A stretch of 51,191 nucleotides of DNA, from the NCBI GenBank assembly GCA_965372715.1, contig CBDVDH010000022.1, forward strand, positions 1-51,191, in the 5' to 3' direction. A model generated the notes under the pieces. It saw only the letters and a list, made by a program, of their open reading frames with translations, made no database searches and was not told the DNA's origin. This stretch comes from an uncultured bacterium (GTDB lineage: Bacteria > B130-G9). The translations under genes were made by a program, and so were the position numbers. Shown piece after piece: positions 7,932 through 17,769 of the stretch (positions within the stretch are counted from its first letter, which is position 1; each line of letters opens with the position of its first letter).

Positions 7932-10562
7932 TTATTTATCGAACTTGACTACGGCCTGGGCTGCGGCCAGGCGGGCCACAGGGACCCGGAAGGGGGAGCA
8001 GCTGACGTAGTCCATGCCGACCTTGTGGCAGAACTCGACCGAGCGGGGCTCGCCGCCGTGCTCGCCGCAGATGCCGATCTTGAGCTTGGGGTTGGTTGAC
8101 CGGCCGCGCTCGACGCCCATCCTTACCATGTCCCCGACCCCCTCGACATCGATGGACTGGAACGGGTCGTCCGGCAGGATACCCATCTTGAGGTAATCGG
8201 CGATGAACCTGCCGGCGTCGTCGCGGCTGTAGCCGAACGTCATTTGCGTCAAATCGTTCGTCCCGAAGGAGAAGAACTCCGCAACCTCTGCGACCTTGTC
8301 GGCGACCAGGCAAGCCCTGGGTATCTCGATCATCGTCCCGACCATGTAGCCCACTGCGATGCCTTCCTTTGCCAAGACTTCCTTCGCGGCCTTGTCGATG
8401 ACCTTCTTCTGGTTTTCGAGCTCCTCGACCTTGCCAATCAGAGGCACCATTACCTCAGGAAAAACCTGGACGCCCTCTTTCTTGACCTTGCAGGCCGCCT
8501 CGAAGATGGCCGTCGCCTGCATCTCGGTGATCTCCGGCATGGAGATGCCCAGCCGGCACCCGCGATGGCCGAGCATGGGGTTCATCTCCCTAAGCTCCTC
8601 CACCTTGTTCCTGAGGTGCTCAAACGAAACACCCATGTCGTTCGCCAGCGCCTCGATGTCCGAATCATGGGAGGGCAGGAACTCGTGCAGCGGCGGATCG
8701 AGCAAACGTATCGTGACCGGCAGGCCGTCCATCGCCCTGAAGATGCCAATGAAGTCCTCGCGCTGCATCGGGAGGAGCTTCGCAAGCGCCGCCCGTCTTC
8801 CCTTTTCGTCCTCGGCCAGGATCATCTCCCGCATCGCCGGGAGGCGGTCCGCCTCAAAGAACATGTGCTCCGTGCGGGTCAAGCCAATGCCCTCAGCGCC
8901 GAAGTCTCTGGCGCGCTTGGAGTCGCGTGGGGTATCGGCGTTCGTCCGGACGCCTAGTTTCCGAATTTCGTCCACCCAGCCCATGAACTTGCCGAAATCG
9001 CCTGACATCTCCGGGTCAACTAGCTTGGCAGCGCCGGTGGCCACCAGCCCGTTGGCCCCATCCAGGGTGATGACATCGGCTTCCTTGAGCACCAGGCCAC
9101 CGACCGTGAGGGTTCTCTTCTCCTCGTCAATGACGAGCGCGCTCACGCCGGCCACGCAGCACTTGCCCATCCCACGCGCCACCACCGCCGCATGAGAGGT
9201 CATGCCCCCGCGCGCGGTCAATATGCCCTCCGAGGCGATCATCCCGCCGACGTCCTCGGGTGATGTCTCTGCCCGGACCAGAACGACTTTCCTTCCCGCC
9301 TCTTTTGCTGCAATGGCATCGTTCGCGGTGAAGACGATGCCGCCCACCGCCGCGCCAGGCGACGCGGGCAAGCCCTTGGCGATCACGTTCAGCTGCTCGT
9401 TGGGATCGATGCCTCTATGGAGCATCTGCTCGATGTGGTCGGGCTCCACACGGAGCATCGCCTCGTCCTTGGTGATCATGCCGCTCTCGACCATGTCAAC
9501 GGCGACCTTGATGGCGGCGGCGCCGGTTCGTTTGCCGCTTCTCGTCTGAAGCATGTATAACTTGCCATGCTCGATCGTGAACTCAACGTCCTGCATGTCG
9601 CGATAGTGCTTCTCGAGCCGCTCGCGGATGTCCAGCAATTGCTCGTATGCGTCCGGCATCTGCTCTGCGAGCTTTGAGATCTCCTCCGGGGTGCGGATAC
9701 CAGCCACGACGTCTTCGCCCTGAGCATTCATTAGGTATTCGCCATAGAACTCGTTGGCGCCGGTCGCGGGGTCCCTCGTGAACGCCACGCCAGTGCCAGA
9801 GTTTGAGCCCGTGTTGCCGAAGACCATCACCTGAACGTTGACCGCAGTTCCCCAATCCTCGGGAATGCCATACTTCGCTCTGTAGGTCTTCGCTCGCTCG
9901 TTATACCAGGAGTTGAACACGGCGTTAATGGCGAGCTTCAGCTGCTCAATCGGCTCATCAGGGAACGGCTTGCCGGTGCGCTCCTCGACGAGCCTCTTGC
10001 CCGCCTCAGCGATGGCCTTGAGGCTGTCGGCGGAGAGCTCAGTATCGAGCTTCGCTCCCTGCTTCTCCTTCTGTTCCTCTAGGATCTTCTCAAATTCGGA
10101 ATGCGGCACGCCCAGCACAACATCGCCGAACATCGTCACGAACCTTCTGTAGCTGTCGTAGGCAAAACGGGCATCGCCGGCCTTCTTCGCTAGTCCCTCG
10201 ACTGTCTCGTCGTTGAGGCCCAGATTCAGAACCGTGTCCATCATGCCCGGCATCGAGACCCTCGACCCGGAGCGAACCGAAACCAAGAGCGGGTTTTTGG
10301 CCTCACCGAACTTTTTGTCCGTGAGCCGCTCGACCTCAGCGAGGTGCTCCTCAACCTGCTTCCACATGCCGCCCGGATAACTCCCGCCGCTCACAAAGAA
10401 CTTGATACAGGCCTCGGTGTCAATCGTGAAGCCCGGCGGAACAGGGATACCCAGCCGGGTCATTTCCGCAAGGTTCGCGCCCTTACCTCCGAGCAGGTCT
10501 TTCATATCAGCGCCGCCCTCGGCGCTCCCGCCGCCAAAAGCATAAACATACTTCTGTGCCAT
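7932..10562 (-). CDS. ppdK: Pyruvate, phosphate dikinase
   Basis: LLGGKGANLAEM, SVRSG..SMPGMMDT, GGMTSHAAVVARG (phospho-His), FSFGTNDLTQ, GICGEHGG; start MAQKYVY with GGAGG RBS. Confidence 0.98.
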   Translation of the reverse strand: MAQKYVYAFGGGSAEGGADMKDLLGGKGANLAEMTRLGIPVPPGFTIDTEACIKFFVSGGSYPGGMWKQVEEHLAEVERLTDKKFGEAKNPLLVSVRSGSRVSMPGMMDTVLNLGLNDETVEGLAKKAGDARFAYDSYRRFVTMFGDVVLGVPHSEFEKILEEQKEKQGAKLDTELSADSLKAIAEAGKRLVEERTGKPFPDEPIEQLKLAINAVFNSWYNERAKTYRAKYGIPEDWGTAVNVQVMVFGNTGSNSGTGVAFTRDPATGANEFYGEYLMNAQGEDVVAGIRTPEEISKLAEQMPDAYEQLLDIRERLEKHYRDMQDVEFTIEHGKLYMLQTRSGKRTGAAAIKVAVDMVESGMITKDEAMLRVEPDHIEQMLHRGIDPNEQLNVIAKGLPASPGAAVGGIVFTANDAIAAKEAGRKVVLVRAETSPEDVGGMIASEGILTARGGMTSHAAVVARGMGKCCVAGVSALVIDEEKRTLTVGGLVLKEADVITLDGANGLVATGAAKLVDPEMSGDFGKFMGWVDEIRKLGVRTNADTPRDSKRARDFGAEGIGLTRTEHMFFEADRLPAMREMILAEDEKGRRAALAKLLPMQREDFIGIFRAMDGLPVTIRLLDPPLHEFLPSHDSDIEALANDMGVSFEHLRNKVEELREMNPMLGHRGCRLGISMPEITEMQATAIFEAACKVKKEGVQVFPEVMVPLIGKVEELENQKKVIDKAAKEVLAKEGIAVGYMVGTMIEIPRACLVADKVAEVAEFFSFGTNDLTQMTFGYSRDDAGRFIADYLKMGILPDDPFQSIDVEGVGDMVRMGVERGRSTNPKLKIGICGEHGGEPRSVEFCHKVGMDYVSCSPFRVPVARLAAAQAVVKFDK

Positions 10563-10643
10563 TTCTTGGCTACCTCCGATGAATTGATTACTTGAACAGA
10601 GATTCGACTTGCAGTCCGGCATAATCAGGTTGCCGAATCAGAG

Positions 10644-12803
10644 TCACTTTCTCTCAACAACTATCCTGGAAAAATCAGCAATAGAGCCAAACATTCTCGT
10701 CAATCTGGCAAGCAACGCAAGTCGATTCTGCTTGAGCTTGCCGTCATCGACCATGACCATTACGTGGTCAAAGAAATCATCGATAAACGACCGGAGTCCC
10801 GCAATCAGCCTGAATGCGTCAAGGTATTTGCAGCTCCTAATGCAATCATAGACGGTATCCTCAATCTTACTGATCTCGTCGAACAGACGCACCTCTTGCT
10901 CCTCAACGAGAAGCCCTGTATCGAGTTCGCCCCAATTCTCGCCTCTTAGGATGTTCGAGGCGCGCTTGAGGCCGGTTGTTAGCGCCTCGAACTGCTCATC
11001 CTTCGAGAACTCCTGAAGAGCTAGGGCCCGTGCCCTGAGATCAACCACATCGTCGCACGGATGCGAGATGACTGCCGCTGCCAGGTCCTGACGCAGCGAT
11101 TCGCGGCTTGTGAGGCTGAACGATAGTCGCTGCTTGATGAAGGTCAGTATTTCCTGGGCCAGTCCATCTCTGGGCTTCATTAGGCCGTCTTTCTTGAGCT
11201 TCTCGATCGTCTTGTCAAGCGCAGTCAGGAGCGAGAGCCTGTATCCGGCGTCAAGCAGGATCGACACGATGCCCTGGGCCTCTCGCCGCAGTCCGAACGG
11301 GTCTTGGGAACCCTTTGGGAAGTAGCCCGCACCCAGGAATGCGCAAAGGCTATCGAGCTTGTCAGCGAGTGCGAGTACCCTGCCGCTGTGCGTCTTGGGC
11401 GGCTTGTCGTCCATGCCGCGCGGCCTGTAATGCTCGGCTATCGCGTCGCCGACCGCAGCGGGTTCACCTTGAAAACCAGCGTATATTCCGCCCATGACGC
11501 CTTGAAGCTCCGCAAACTCGCCGACCATGTGGCTAACAAGGTCGGCCTTGCACAGCTCGCCCGCCCGCCCGCAGTGAGCCGCGAACTCCTCGAGCGACAT
11601 CCCATCAACTGAATCGCAGCCGGCGAAGACCAGCGACGCTATCTCCGGGGCAAGCTTGGCGAGGCGCTGGGACTTCATCAGAAGATCACCTAGCCCCTTG
11701 TGCAGCGCCATGCCTTGAAGCCTCGGGAGCAGCTCTTCGAGCCGCGTTTTCTTGTCCTCAGCAAAGAAAAACGCCGCGTCCTCAAGCCGTGCCTCGAGCA
11801 CCGCCTCGTTGCCTCCTCTTACCGTCTCCTCTTGGGCCTCGGGATTGGCCAACAGCGCAACGAAGTGGGGCAGCAGCTTTGAGGCCGACTCATCTGGGTT
11901 GAACCCCCCAGATGGCTTGGCGAAGTACTTGGGCCTCGTCGCGAGGAAGTACTGATGATGCCAAAGACAGGTCGTTAGGACGGGTTCCGGCAGTTCAAGG
12001 AAGCGTGCGTCGAAATCGCCGAACGTTACGCGCGGCGAATCGACCGAGTCGGCCAGGATCGACAGCATCTCATCGTCGCAGACGACCTCGCAGCCGAGCT
12101 CCTGTTCTATCCTTGTTATGCCCGCACGGATGCTATTTACGCGGCATTCGTGGCTGACAGCTATGAGATTCTTCGCCATTTGGGACTCATACGAGCCGGC
12201 GTCCGCGATCCTGATCTCCTTGTCGCCCTGAGTCCAGATGCCCCTTGACACATTCGACGACTCGATGCCGAAAACCGAGCATCTGACGAGTTCATCGCCC
12301 AGAAGAGCGACCAGCCAGCGGACTGGTCTCCCGAACGCGAATCGTTGCTCGGTCCAGCGCATCATCTTGGGGAACGAAAACGACTCGACGAGCGATGTGA
12401 CGATCTCAGGCAGAACCTCAACGGCTGGCTTGCCGAGCTCCACCTTCCTGGCCGTAACATACTCGCCCTTGTCGCTCTTGACGGACCCAAGCTCCTCAAC
12501 GGGGACACCAACAGACCGCGCGAAGCCAATCGCCGCCTTCGTGGGCTTGCCATCTGCGTCGTAAGCAACGCGCAGAGCCGGTCCGTTCACAACCTGAGTG
12601 GAATCCGATTGCTGCACAGCACAGCTATCGACCACGAAGGCGAGCCTACGAGGGGCGCCATAGACCGACAAGCCCTCGGACTCGACGCGATGCTTCCTGA
12701 AGAGCTCAGGAACCGTTCTCTGAATGTGCTCCCGGCCGTATTTGACAAAGCCGGGCGGCAGGTCCTCCACCCCAATCTCGAAAAGAAACGGTCTGTAATC
12801 CAA
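10644..12803 (-). CDS. glyS: Glycine--tRNA ligase beta subunit
   Basis: FLFEIGVEDLP, FPKMMRW...FGRPVRW, KADLVSHMVGEFAELQGVMG, EHYRP, DPFGLRR, FFDHVMV..NRLALL. Confidence 0.96.
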   Translation of the reverse strand: MDYRPFLFEIGVEDLPPGFVKYGREHIQRTVPELFRKHRVESEGLSVYGAPRRLAFVVDSCAVQQSDSTQVVNGPALRVAYDADGKPTKAAIGFARSVGVPVEELGSVKSDKGEYVTARKVELGKPAVEVLPEIVTSLVESFSFPKMMRWTEQRFAFGRPVRWLVALLGDELVRCSVFGIESSNVSRGIWTQGDKEIRIADAGSYESQMAKNLIAVSHECRVNSIRAGITRIEQELGCEVVCDDEMLSILADSVDSPRVTFGDFDARFLELPEPVLTTCLWHHQYFLATRPKYFAKPSGGFNPDESASKLLPHFVALLANPEAQEETVRGGNEAVLEARLEDAAFFFAEDKKTRLEELLPRLQGMALHKGLGDLLMKSQRLAKLAPEIASLVFAGCDSVDGMSLEEFAAHCGRAGELCKADLVSHMVGEFAELQGVMGGIYAGFQGEPAAVGDAIAEHYRPRGMDDKPPKTHSGRVLALADKLDSLCAFLGAGYFPKGSQDPFGLRREAQGIVSILLDAGYRLSLLTALDKTIEKLKKDGLMKPRDGLAQEILTFIKQRLSFSLTSRESLRQDLAAAVISHPCDDVVDLRARALALQEFSKDEQFEALTTGLKRASNILRGENWGELDTGLLVEEQEVRLFDEISKIEDTVYDCIRSCKYLDAFRLIAGLRSFIDDFFDHVMVMVDDGKLKQNRLALLARLTRMFGSIADFSRIVVERK

Positions 12804-12913
12804 TTGCCAGCAAACCTCTCAACACTAAACCATTGGCTTACATATATGCCTCAACAGAGCACACAACACAACCGGTTTGGGAGGGCTGTTGCCTCTGGCG
12901 GGCCAGTAGTCCC

Positions 12914-12981
12914 GTAGGGGTGTTCGCCGCGCGGCGAACTGCACCCTTCTACCTTTAGGGCGGAGCAAGCACCGCCCCTAC
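12914..12981. repeat. Inverted GTAG-REP doublet
   Basis: GTAGGGGTGTTCGCCGCGCGGCGAACTGCACCC ... GGGCGGAGCAAGCACCGCCCCTAC. Confidence 0.75.
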
Positions 12982-13019
12982 GATGCCCGATACCGCATCA
13001 TGACGCAGGCGCCGCCGGA

Positions 13020-13430
13020 TCAATCGACCTCGATCGTGAGCGTCTCGAACTTGCGGTCGAGGGGGCCGATGAGCTTGCCGGTGTTGCGGCCGGTCATGCA
13101 GGCCCAGAACGTGTAGGCACCGGGCGGGATGCTTGAGCGAGGCGCGGAGATGATGGTTGCGGTCTGGTTGTGCCCAGGGCGCAGGTTGACCTGGACGGGA
13201 GCAGGCTCCAGCTGCCAGTTCGGCCAATAGAGCAGCTGCCCGTTCAGCTCAAGCGCCACATAAACGTCAACGCCAACGACCGGTCCATTGTTTATCACCT
13301 GCGCCTCAACCGAGATGCTCGCCGGGGTCGGACCCGCGTAGTCCGCGTCTTCCCCAGCACCCAGAACTGCCTGCGGTTGGTCCCAGCGCTCGCTGCTGAG
13401 ATTCACGAAGATTGCCATCCGATGTCTCAA
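13020..13430 (-). pseudogene. Probable C-terminal remnant of an exported protein (lineage-type surface domain)
   Basis: NNGPVVGVDVYVALELNGQLLYWP...PPGAYTFWACMT resembles the C-terminal repeats of the 3728-aa protein; no signal peptide or clear RBS. Confidence 0.5.
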
Positions 13431-13464
13431 TATGGAACTGCTAAGAGAGCACCAAAGATACCTA

Positions 13465-13494
13465 TTGACGACCGCCGGGTGAAGAGTTTATGAT
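13465..13494 (+). promoter_or_regulatory. Sigma70-like promoter for the HEPN cassette
   Basis: TTGACG-N18-TATGAT in an AT-rich flank. Confidence 0.5.
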
Positions 13495-13596
13495 AACGAT
13501 GATGATTAACACCATGATTCATATTTTGCAGACGTTAACATACATAACTTGATTTGTGTTCGGTACCCAGGGGTAGAATAGAACTCAAGTAGGGCA

Positions 13597-13977
13597 ATGA
13601 CCCAGGCCAGTGAGCTCCTCAGAATCGCAGCGGTGCGCCTTAAGGACGCAGCCGTCCTTCTTGCCGCGAGGAGATATGACGGTGCAGTTTACTTGTGTGG
13701 CTACGCGGTCGAATGCGCCTTGAAGGCGCGAATCTGCCGAACGTTGCGATGGCAAGACTATCCCTTAACTAAGGGCTATAAGAGCTTCAAAGTGCATAAC
13801 CTCGGTGTGCTGCTGCACCTGACAGGCCGCGAGCAGATCGTGAAGAGAAACTACTTTTTCGAGTGGTCGGTGGTCGCAAAATGGGACCCGGAAGTGAGGT
13901 ATAGAATCGGCACGGCAACAAGAACGGAGGCGGAGCTCATGATTTCGTCTGCCACGACTCTTCTGAGGAAGATATGA
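13597..13977 (+). CDS. HEPN domain protein
   Basis: RLKDAAVLL...YDGAVYLCGYAVECALKA...HNLGVLL...W.PEVRY. Confidence 0.85.
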   Translation: MTQASELLRIAAVRLKDAAVLLAARRYDGAVYLCGYAVECALKARICRTLRWQDYPLTKGYKSFKVHNLGVLLHLTGREQIVKRNYFFEWSVVAKWDPEVRYRIGTATRTEAELMISSATTLLRKI

Positions 13978-14411
13978 AAGAACTAGCTGAGAAGTTTCGT
14001 TTGATGGAAATAGAGATCTCGGCTGAGAAGGGGCCATTTGTCCTTTTTGGCCTTTTCCTCCCGGAAGAAGCACCTGGGGTGTGGGACCTGCTGGTGGCAG
14101 CGCCCTGGATAGAAGGGGGCAAGGAGGAGGCTTTGCGCTACATCTCGGGCAGAGTGACCGCCTCACTGTCGCAGGACGAGCTTTTGAGGCTTTCCCGCAT
14201 CATCATTCTCGAGCCCAAGGACCCGGCAATCGCCGCGCTGCAGGCGGTTCACGTGGAGCACGGTGTGGCGGAGGTGGAAAACTGTAACTTCTCGGGGCTC
14301 GAAATCAGGCACGCATATCTAATCACTGTAAGATGGGGCGATCAAGAGCCGCAGAGCCGCGGGGAGAGGCACGCCAGTGCTGCCCCCGCTGAGCCGACTG
14401 TGCCTACCTAA
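13974..14411 (+). CDS. HEPN partner; possibly a degenerate minimal nucleotidyltransferase (MNT)-like protein
   Basis: ATGA coupling to HEPN; LFGLFLPEEAPGVWDLLV loosely resembles the MNT LFGS...DxDLLV motif. Confidence 0.6.
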   Translation: MKELAEKFRLMEIEISAEKGPFVLFGLFLPEEAPGVWDLLVAAPWIEGGKEEALRYISGRVTASLSQDELLRLSRIIILEPKDPAIAALQAVHVEHGVAEVENCNFSGLEIRHAYLITVRWGDQEPQSRGERHASAAPAEPTVPT

Positions 14412-14598
14412 AGGCCGCGACGCCAGGCCGCCGCTGGTGGAGATGTGGCCGCCGATCAAGCCTTCGGCGTCCATGCGGGCCAGGGTTATGGGATCGCGCA
14501 TACTCCCGCCGGTGGCGGAAGCCGTGTCGGTGCCAGCAAAGTAAGTGTAGTCCTGCGTTGAGGCTGGCATCGTCTAATCCTCCCTGGTGGCTAAATCA

Positions 14599-14658
14599 TT
14601 CATTCTATTATGAATGAACATCCAATACAACACTAAGCTCTCGGAACACAGTTGTCAA
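14599..14658 (-). promoter_or_regulatory. Sigma70-like promoter with downstream palindrome
   Basis: Minus strand TTGACA(14658-14653)-N17-TAGTGT; TTCATTC-N6-GAATGAA at 14599-14618; AGGGAGG RBS before ATG 14570. Confidence 0.55.
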
Positions 14659-14747
14659 GTTGAATTCGCCACGACACAAGGAGCGCTCAACAGCGGCATT
14701 ATCTGCGAGCTTCCCACGGAGAGCATTGGCAGAGCGCGAGACCGCGG

Positions 14748-15782
14748 CTAAGCGAGGAGCTCCGCTATCTGGATGGCGTTGAGGGCGGCGCCTTTGCGTA
14801 GGTTGTCCATGACTGACCAGAGGTTGACGCCGAACTCGACGGTGTCGTCGAGCCTGATTCTGCCTACGAAGACCTCGTCCCGGTCGCTGCATTGTGAGGG
14901 GAGCGGGTAGTCGTTGACGTCTTCCTCGCGGTTTGCCATGCCGAGCCGCGACTCCAACACACCGTCGATGACTTCAACGCCGGGGAAGTTGGACAGGGCG
15001 TCCCGGACCTCTTCGCACGAGGCGCGGGATTTGAGCGTGATGTTGAGGGACTGGCAGTGGCAGTTGAAGACGGGTACCCTGACGCAGGTGGGTGAGATGA
15101 GGACGTCGTCCCGGCCGAGTATCTTCGCCGCCTCTCGCTTGAGTTTCGTCTCTTCGCCGGAGTAGCCGTCGTCGTCGAAATCGCCGATGTGAGGCAGAAG
15201 ATTGAAGCCGATGCGGTGAGGATACGCCTCGACAGTCGGCTCTTTGAGCGAGAGCATCGCCAGCGACTGGTTGGCGAGTTCGTCGAGGGCCTTCTTGCCG
15301 GAGCCTGAGACCGACTGGTATGTCGAGACGACGACGCGTCGGACGCCGAACTTCAGGTCAAGCGGATGAACAACCATCAAGAGCTGTATCGTCGAGCAGT
15401 TAGGGTTTGCGATGACGCCCTTGTGCTCGTGCGCCGACTGGCCATTTATTTCGGGAACGACGAGCGGGACGTCTGGCGCCATCCTGAAGTGCGCGCTGTT
15501 GTCGATGACGATTGCGCCAGCCTTCGCGGCCACGGGCGCATACTCGGCGCTCGCCTCGCAGCTTGCGGCGAAGATGGCGAAATCGACGCTGTCAAAGGCG
15601 TCTTTTTCGAGGCGGTGGACGACGTATGGTTCGCCGCGAAACTCGACGATGGTTCCCACGGATTCTTCCGTAGCGAGTGGGGTGAGCTTGCGAAGCGGGA
15701 AATCCCTCTCCTCAAGGATGTTTAGAACCTCCTTGCCGACGAGTCCCCTGGCCCCGACGACCGCGACGTTCTGTCGGTTCAT
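14748..15782 (-). CDS. asd: Aspartate-semialdehyde dehydrogenase
   Basis: VAVVGARGLVG, IDNSAHFRM..DVPLVVPEIN, IANPNCSTIQ, STYQSVSGSG, DNLRKGAALNAIQIAE. Confidence 0.97.
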   Translation of the reverse strand: MNRQNVAVVGARGLVGKEVLNILEERDFPLRKLTPLATEESVGTIVEFRGEPYVVHRLEKDAFDSVDFAIFAASCEASAEYAPVAAKAGAIVIDNSAHFRMAPDVPLVVPEINGQSAHEHKGVIANPNCSTIQLLMVVHPLDLKFGVRRVVVSTYQSVSGSGKKALDELANQSLAMLSLKEPTVEAYPHRIGFNLLPHIGDFDDDGYSGEETKLKREAAKILGRDDVLISPTCVRVPVFNCHCQSLNITLKSRASCEEVRDALSNFPGVEVIDGVLESRLGMANREEDVNDYPLPSQCSDRDEVFVGRIRLDDTVEFGVNLWSVMDNLRKGAALNAIQIAELLA

Positions 15783-16588
15783 AGGACCTCTTCTTCTGGG
15801 GCCTCTCGGTGAGCCCGCTTTTTGAGCACGAATGTCTCGATCAGACCCCAGACGAGATATCCGAGGATCAGGAAGAACGGAACGGTCCCGGGGGACGAGG
15901 CGATGACAATGACTATGCCGACGATGGTAACTAGCGTGCCAAACGGGTGCATCTTTGCGAAGTCCAGCTGCTTAAAGGAGCGGTATTTGACGTTGGAGAT
16001 CATGAGGTATGAGACGCCGGCGAAGAGCAACAAGAAGAGTACCTTGGCAAAGGTCCCGATTGGCTCGCCATCGGCAAGCGTTACCGATGTCGCGACGAAG
16101 AGTCCAGCGGCGGGTGTGGGCAGGCCAAGAAAGAACTTAGGCTCGACAGCCTTGCAGCGTGTGTTAAACCTCGCCAGCCTCAGCACGCCGCAGATCAGGT
16201 AGGCGAACGCGATGATCCAGCCGATCCTGCCGAAGCCGGCAAGCGCCCAGTTGTAAGCGAGAATGGCCGGCGCAACGCCGAACGACACGACGTCCGCCAT
16301 CGAATCGAACTCAACGCCAAACTCACTCGTGGTCTTAGTGAGTCTAGCGACTCGGCCATCCAGGGCGTCGAGTCCGGCCGCAACGATTATCGCAACAGCC
16401 GCGCCAAAGAACATGCCTTTCATTGCCCACATAATCGCGTAGAACCCGCAGAGCACGTTGGCGGTCGTCAGGATGCCGGGCAGAAGGCTAATGCGGATTT
16501 TGATCTTCTGGACTGTGGCCCGCCTTTGCGCCCTTCGCTTCTCGCCCCTGGCCGTTGAAACTGAACCCTTTGTCCCACGTCTTGCCAT
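15779..16588 (-). CDS. pssA: CDP-diacylglycerol--serine O-phosphatidyltransferase
   Basis: CDP-alcohol motif DALDGRVAR...FG.EFDSMADVVSFGVAP; RLARFN; FLGLPTPAA; next to psd. Confidence 0.93.
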   Translation of the reverse strand: MARRGTKGSVSTARGEKRRAQRRATVQKIKIRISLLPGILTTANVLCGFYAIMWAMKGMFFGAAVAIIVAAGLDALDGRVARLTKTTSEFGVEFDSMADVVSFGVAPAILAYNWALAGFGRIGWIIAFAYLICGVLRLARFNTRCKAVEPKFFLGLPTPAAGLFVATSVTLADGEPIGTFAKVLFLLLFAGVSYLMISNVKYRSFKQLDFAKMHPFGTLVTIVGIVIVIASSPGTVPFFLILGYLVWGLIETFVLKKRAHREAPEEEVL

Positions 16589-16600
16589 GATAGAGTTACC

Positions 16601-17281
16601 TCATCCGGTTCTCTTTCGAGCCACGTGCGTTGTCGATTGGTGTTCCGCCCGCCACCGACCGATGACGTCCAGGCCCGCTTTCACCTTCTCCCCGACACGC
16701 ACGGAAACAGCGTAAGTGGAAGGTATCAGAACATCGACGCGAGAGCCGAACTTTATCATGCCAATCCTCTGACCGGCCGTAACGCTATCGCCCCTCTTTA
16801 GCCGGCACACGATGCGCCTTGCGACGAGGCCTGCGATCTGGGTGCAGAGTATGTTCTCGCCGAAATGGTCCACGAGCTTTATGGTTGCGCGTTCATTGAC
16901 CTCGCTCGCTCGCTCCCTGAATGCGGCCAAGAACCGGCCGTCGGTGTGCTGCACACCGGCAACGCTGCCCGTGACCGGTGAGCGGTTGACGTGACAATTG
17001 AAGACTGACATGAACACGGACACTCTCGTTTTGGGTTGTTCGCGATTCCCCGAGGGCTTTGCCTCACTCACGCTTATGACCTTCCCGTCCGCGGGCGAAA
17101 GCAGAACGCCGGCTTCTGGGCGCACGTTGCGCTCGGGGTCGCGAAAGAAGCAGCCCACCAAAATGCAAATTGCGAAGGCAACCGCCGCAATGATATAGCA
17201 CTCCAAGAACACTAGCAGGGCCGAAACCAACAGGAGGCCCAATACGAACGGAAGGCCATCCGCGGCCATAGGAAATCGCAT
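16601..17281 (-). CDS. psd: Phosphatidylserine decarboxylase proenzyme
   Basis: FFRDPER, SPADGKV, FMSVFNCHVNRSP, QIAGLVARRI, IKFGSRVD cleavage motif; start at MRFPMA. Confidence 0.93.
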   Translation of the reverse strand: MRFPMAADGLPFVLGLLLVSALLVFLECYIIAAVAFAICILVGCFFRDPERNVRPEAGVLLSPADGKVISVSEAKPSGNREQPKTRVSVFMSVFNCHVNRSPVTGSVAGVQHTDGRFLAAFRERASEVNERATIKLVDHFGENILCTQIAGLVARRIVCRLKRGDSVTAGQRIGMIKFGSRVDVLIPSTYAVSVRVGEKVKAGLDVIGRWRAEHQSTTHVARKRTG

Positions 17282-17431
17282 TATGTGTTGAATCCTGACC
17301 GAAATCTTAGAATCTATTGCTGTTCTTCCGCCATGGAGAACGGCCGGCGGAAGCCCAAAACAGGACAAGGCCAGCACTAGATAAGGATGCAGCCTTGCCG
17401 CGCCACACACTCGAACTATGAGAATAACTCG

Positions 17432-17671
17432 CTACGAGGCGTTCTTCTGCTCCTCTGCATATTGTGTCATCATCTGATACATCTCATCTTTTACCCTCAA
17501 CTTCATCTTCTTGAGCCTTTTCTCTTCTATCTCCTTGTCCGGGGATGGATCTGGACTCTCGGCTAGCGCGACTAGATTCTTGTCAAGCGTAACGTGCATC
17601 TCCTCGAGCTTCCTGAAGTTCTCTGATTTGGCTCTCAAAGCTTCGCGAAGTGATGTATCGTCCATCTTCAT
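17432..17671 (-). CDS. DUF465/YdcH-like small coiled-coil protein
   Basis: F.KL...H..LD......EIEEKRLKKMKLRVKDEM; AGGAGG RBS. Confidence 0.75.
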   Translation of the reverse strand: MKMDDTSLREALRAKSENFRKLEEMHVTLDKNLVALAESPDPSPDKEIEEKRLKKMKLRVKDEMYQMMTQYAEEQKNAS

Positions 17672-17769
17672 TCAAAAAGCCTCCTGTTTTTATGGTTACT
17701 TATGGCATTAGCATATACGTAGCGTTGTGAATCATCCTGGGAGCATCTCTGAGGTCATCTCGCGAAACA

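Noticed and set aside
8244-9549. Long plus-strand ORFs opposite ppdK (and similar shadows opposite SPFH, glyS and the giant gene)
   Set aside because: Antisense shadows expected from GC-rich codon bias; no recognisable motifs
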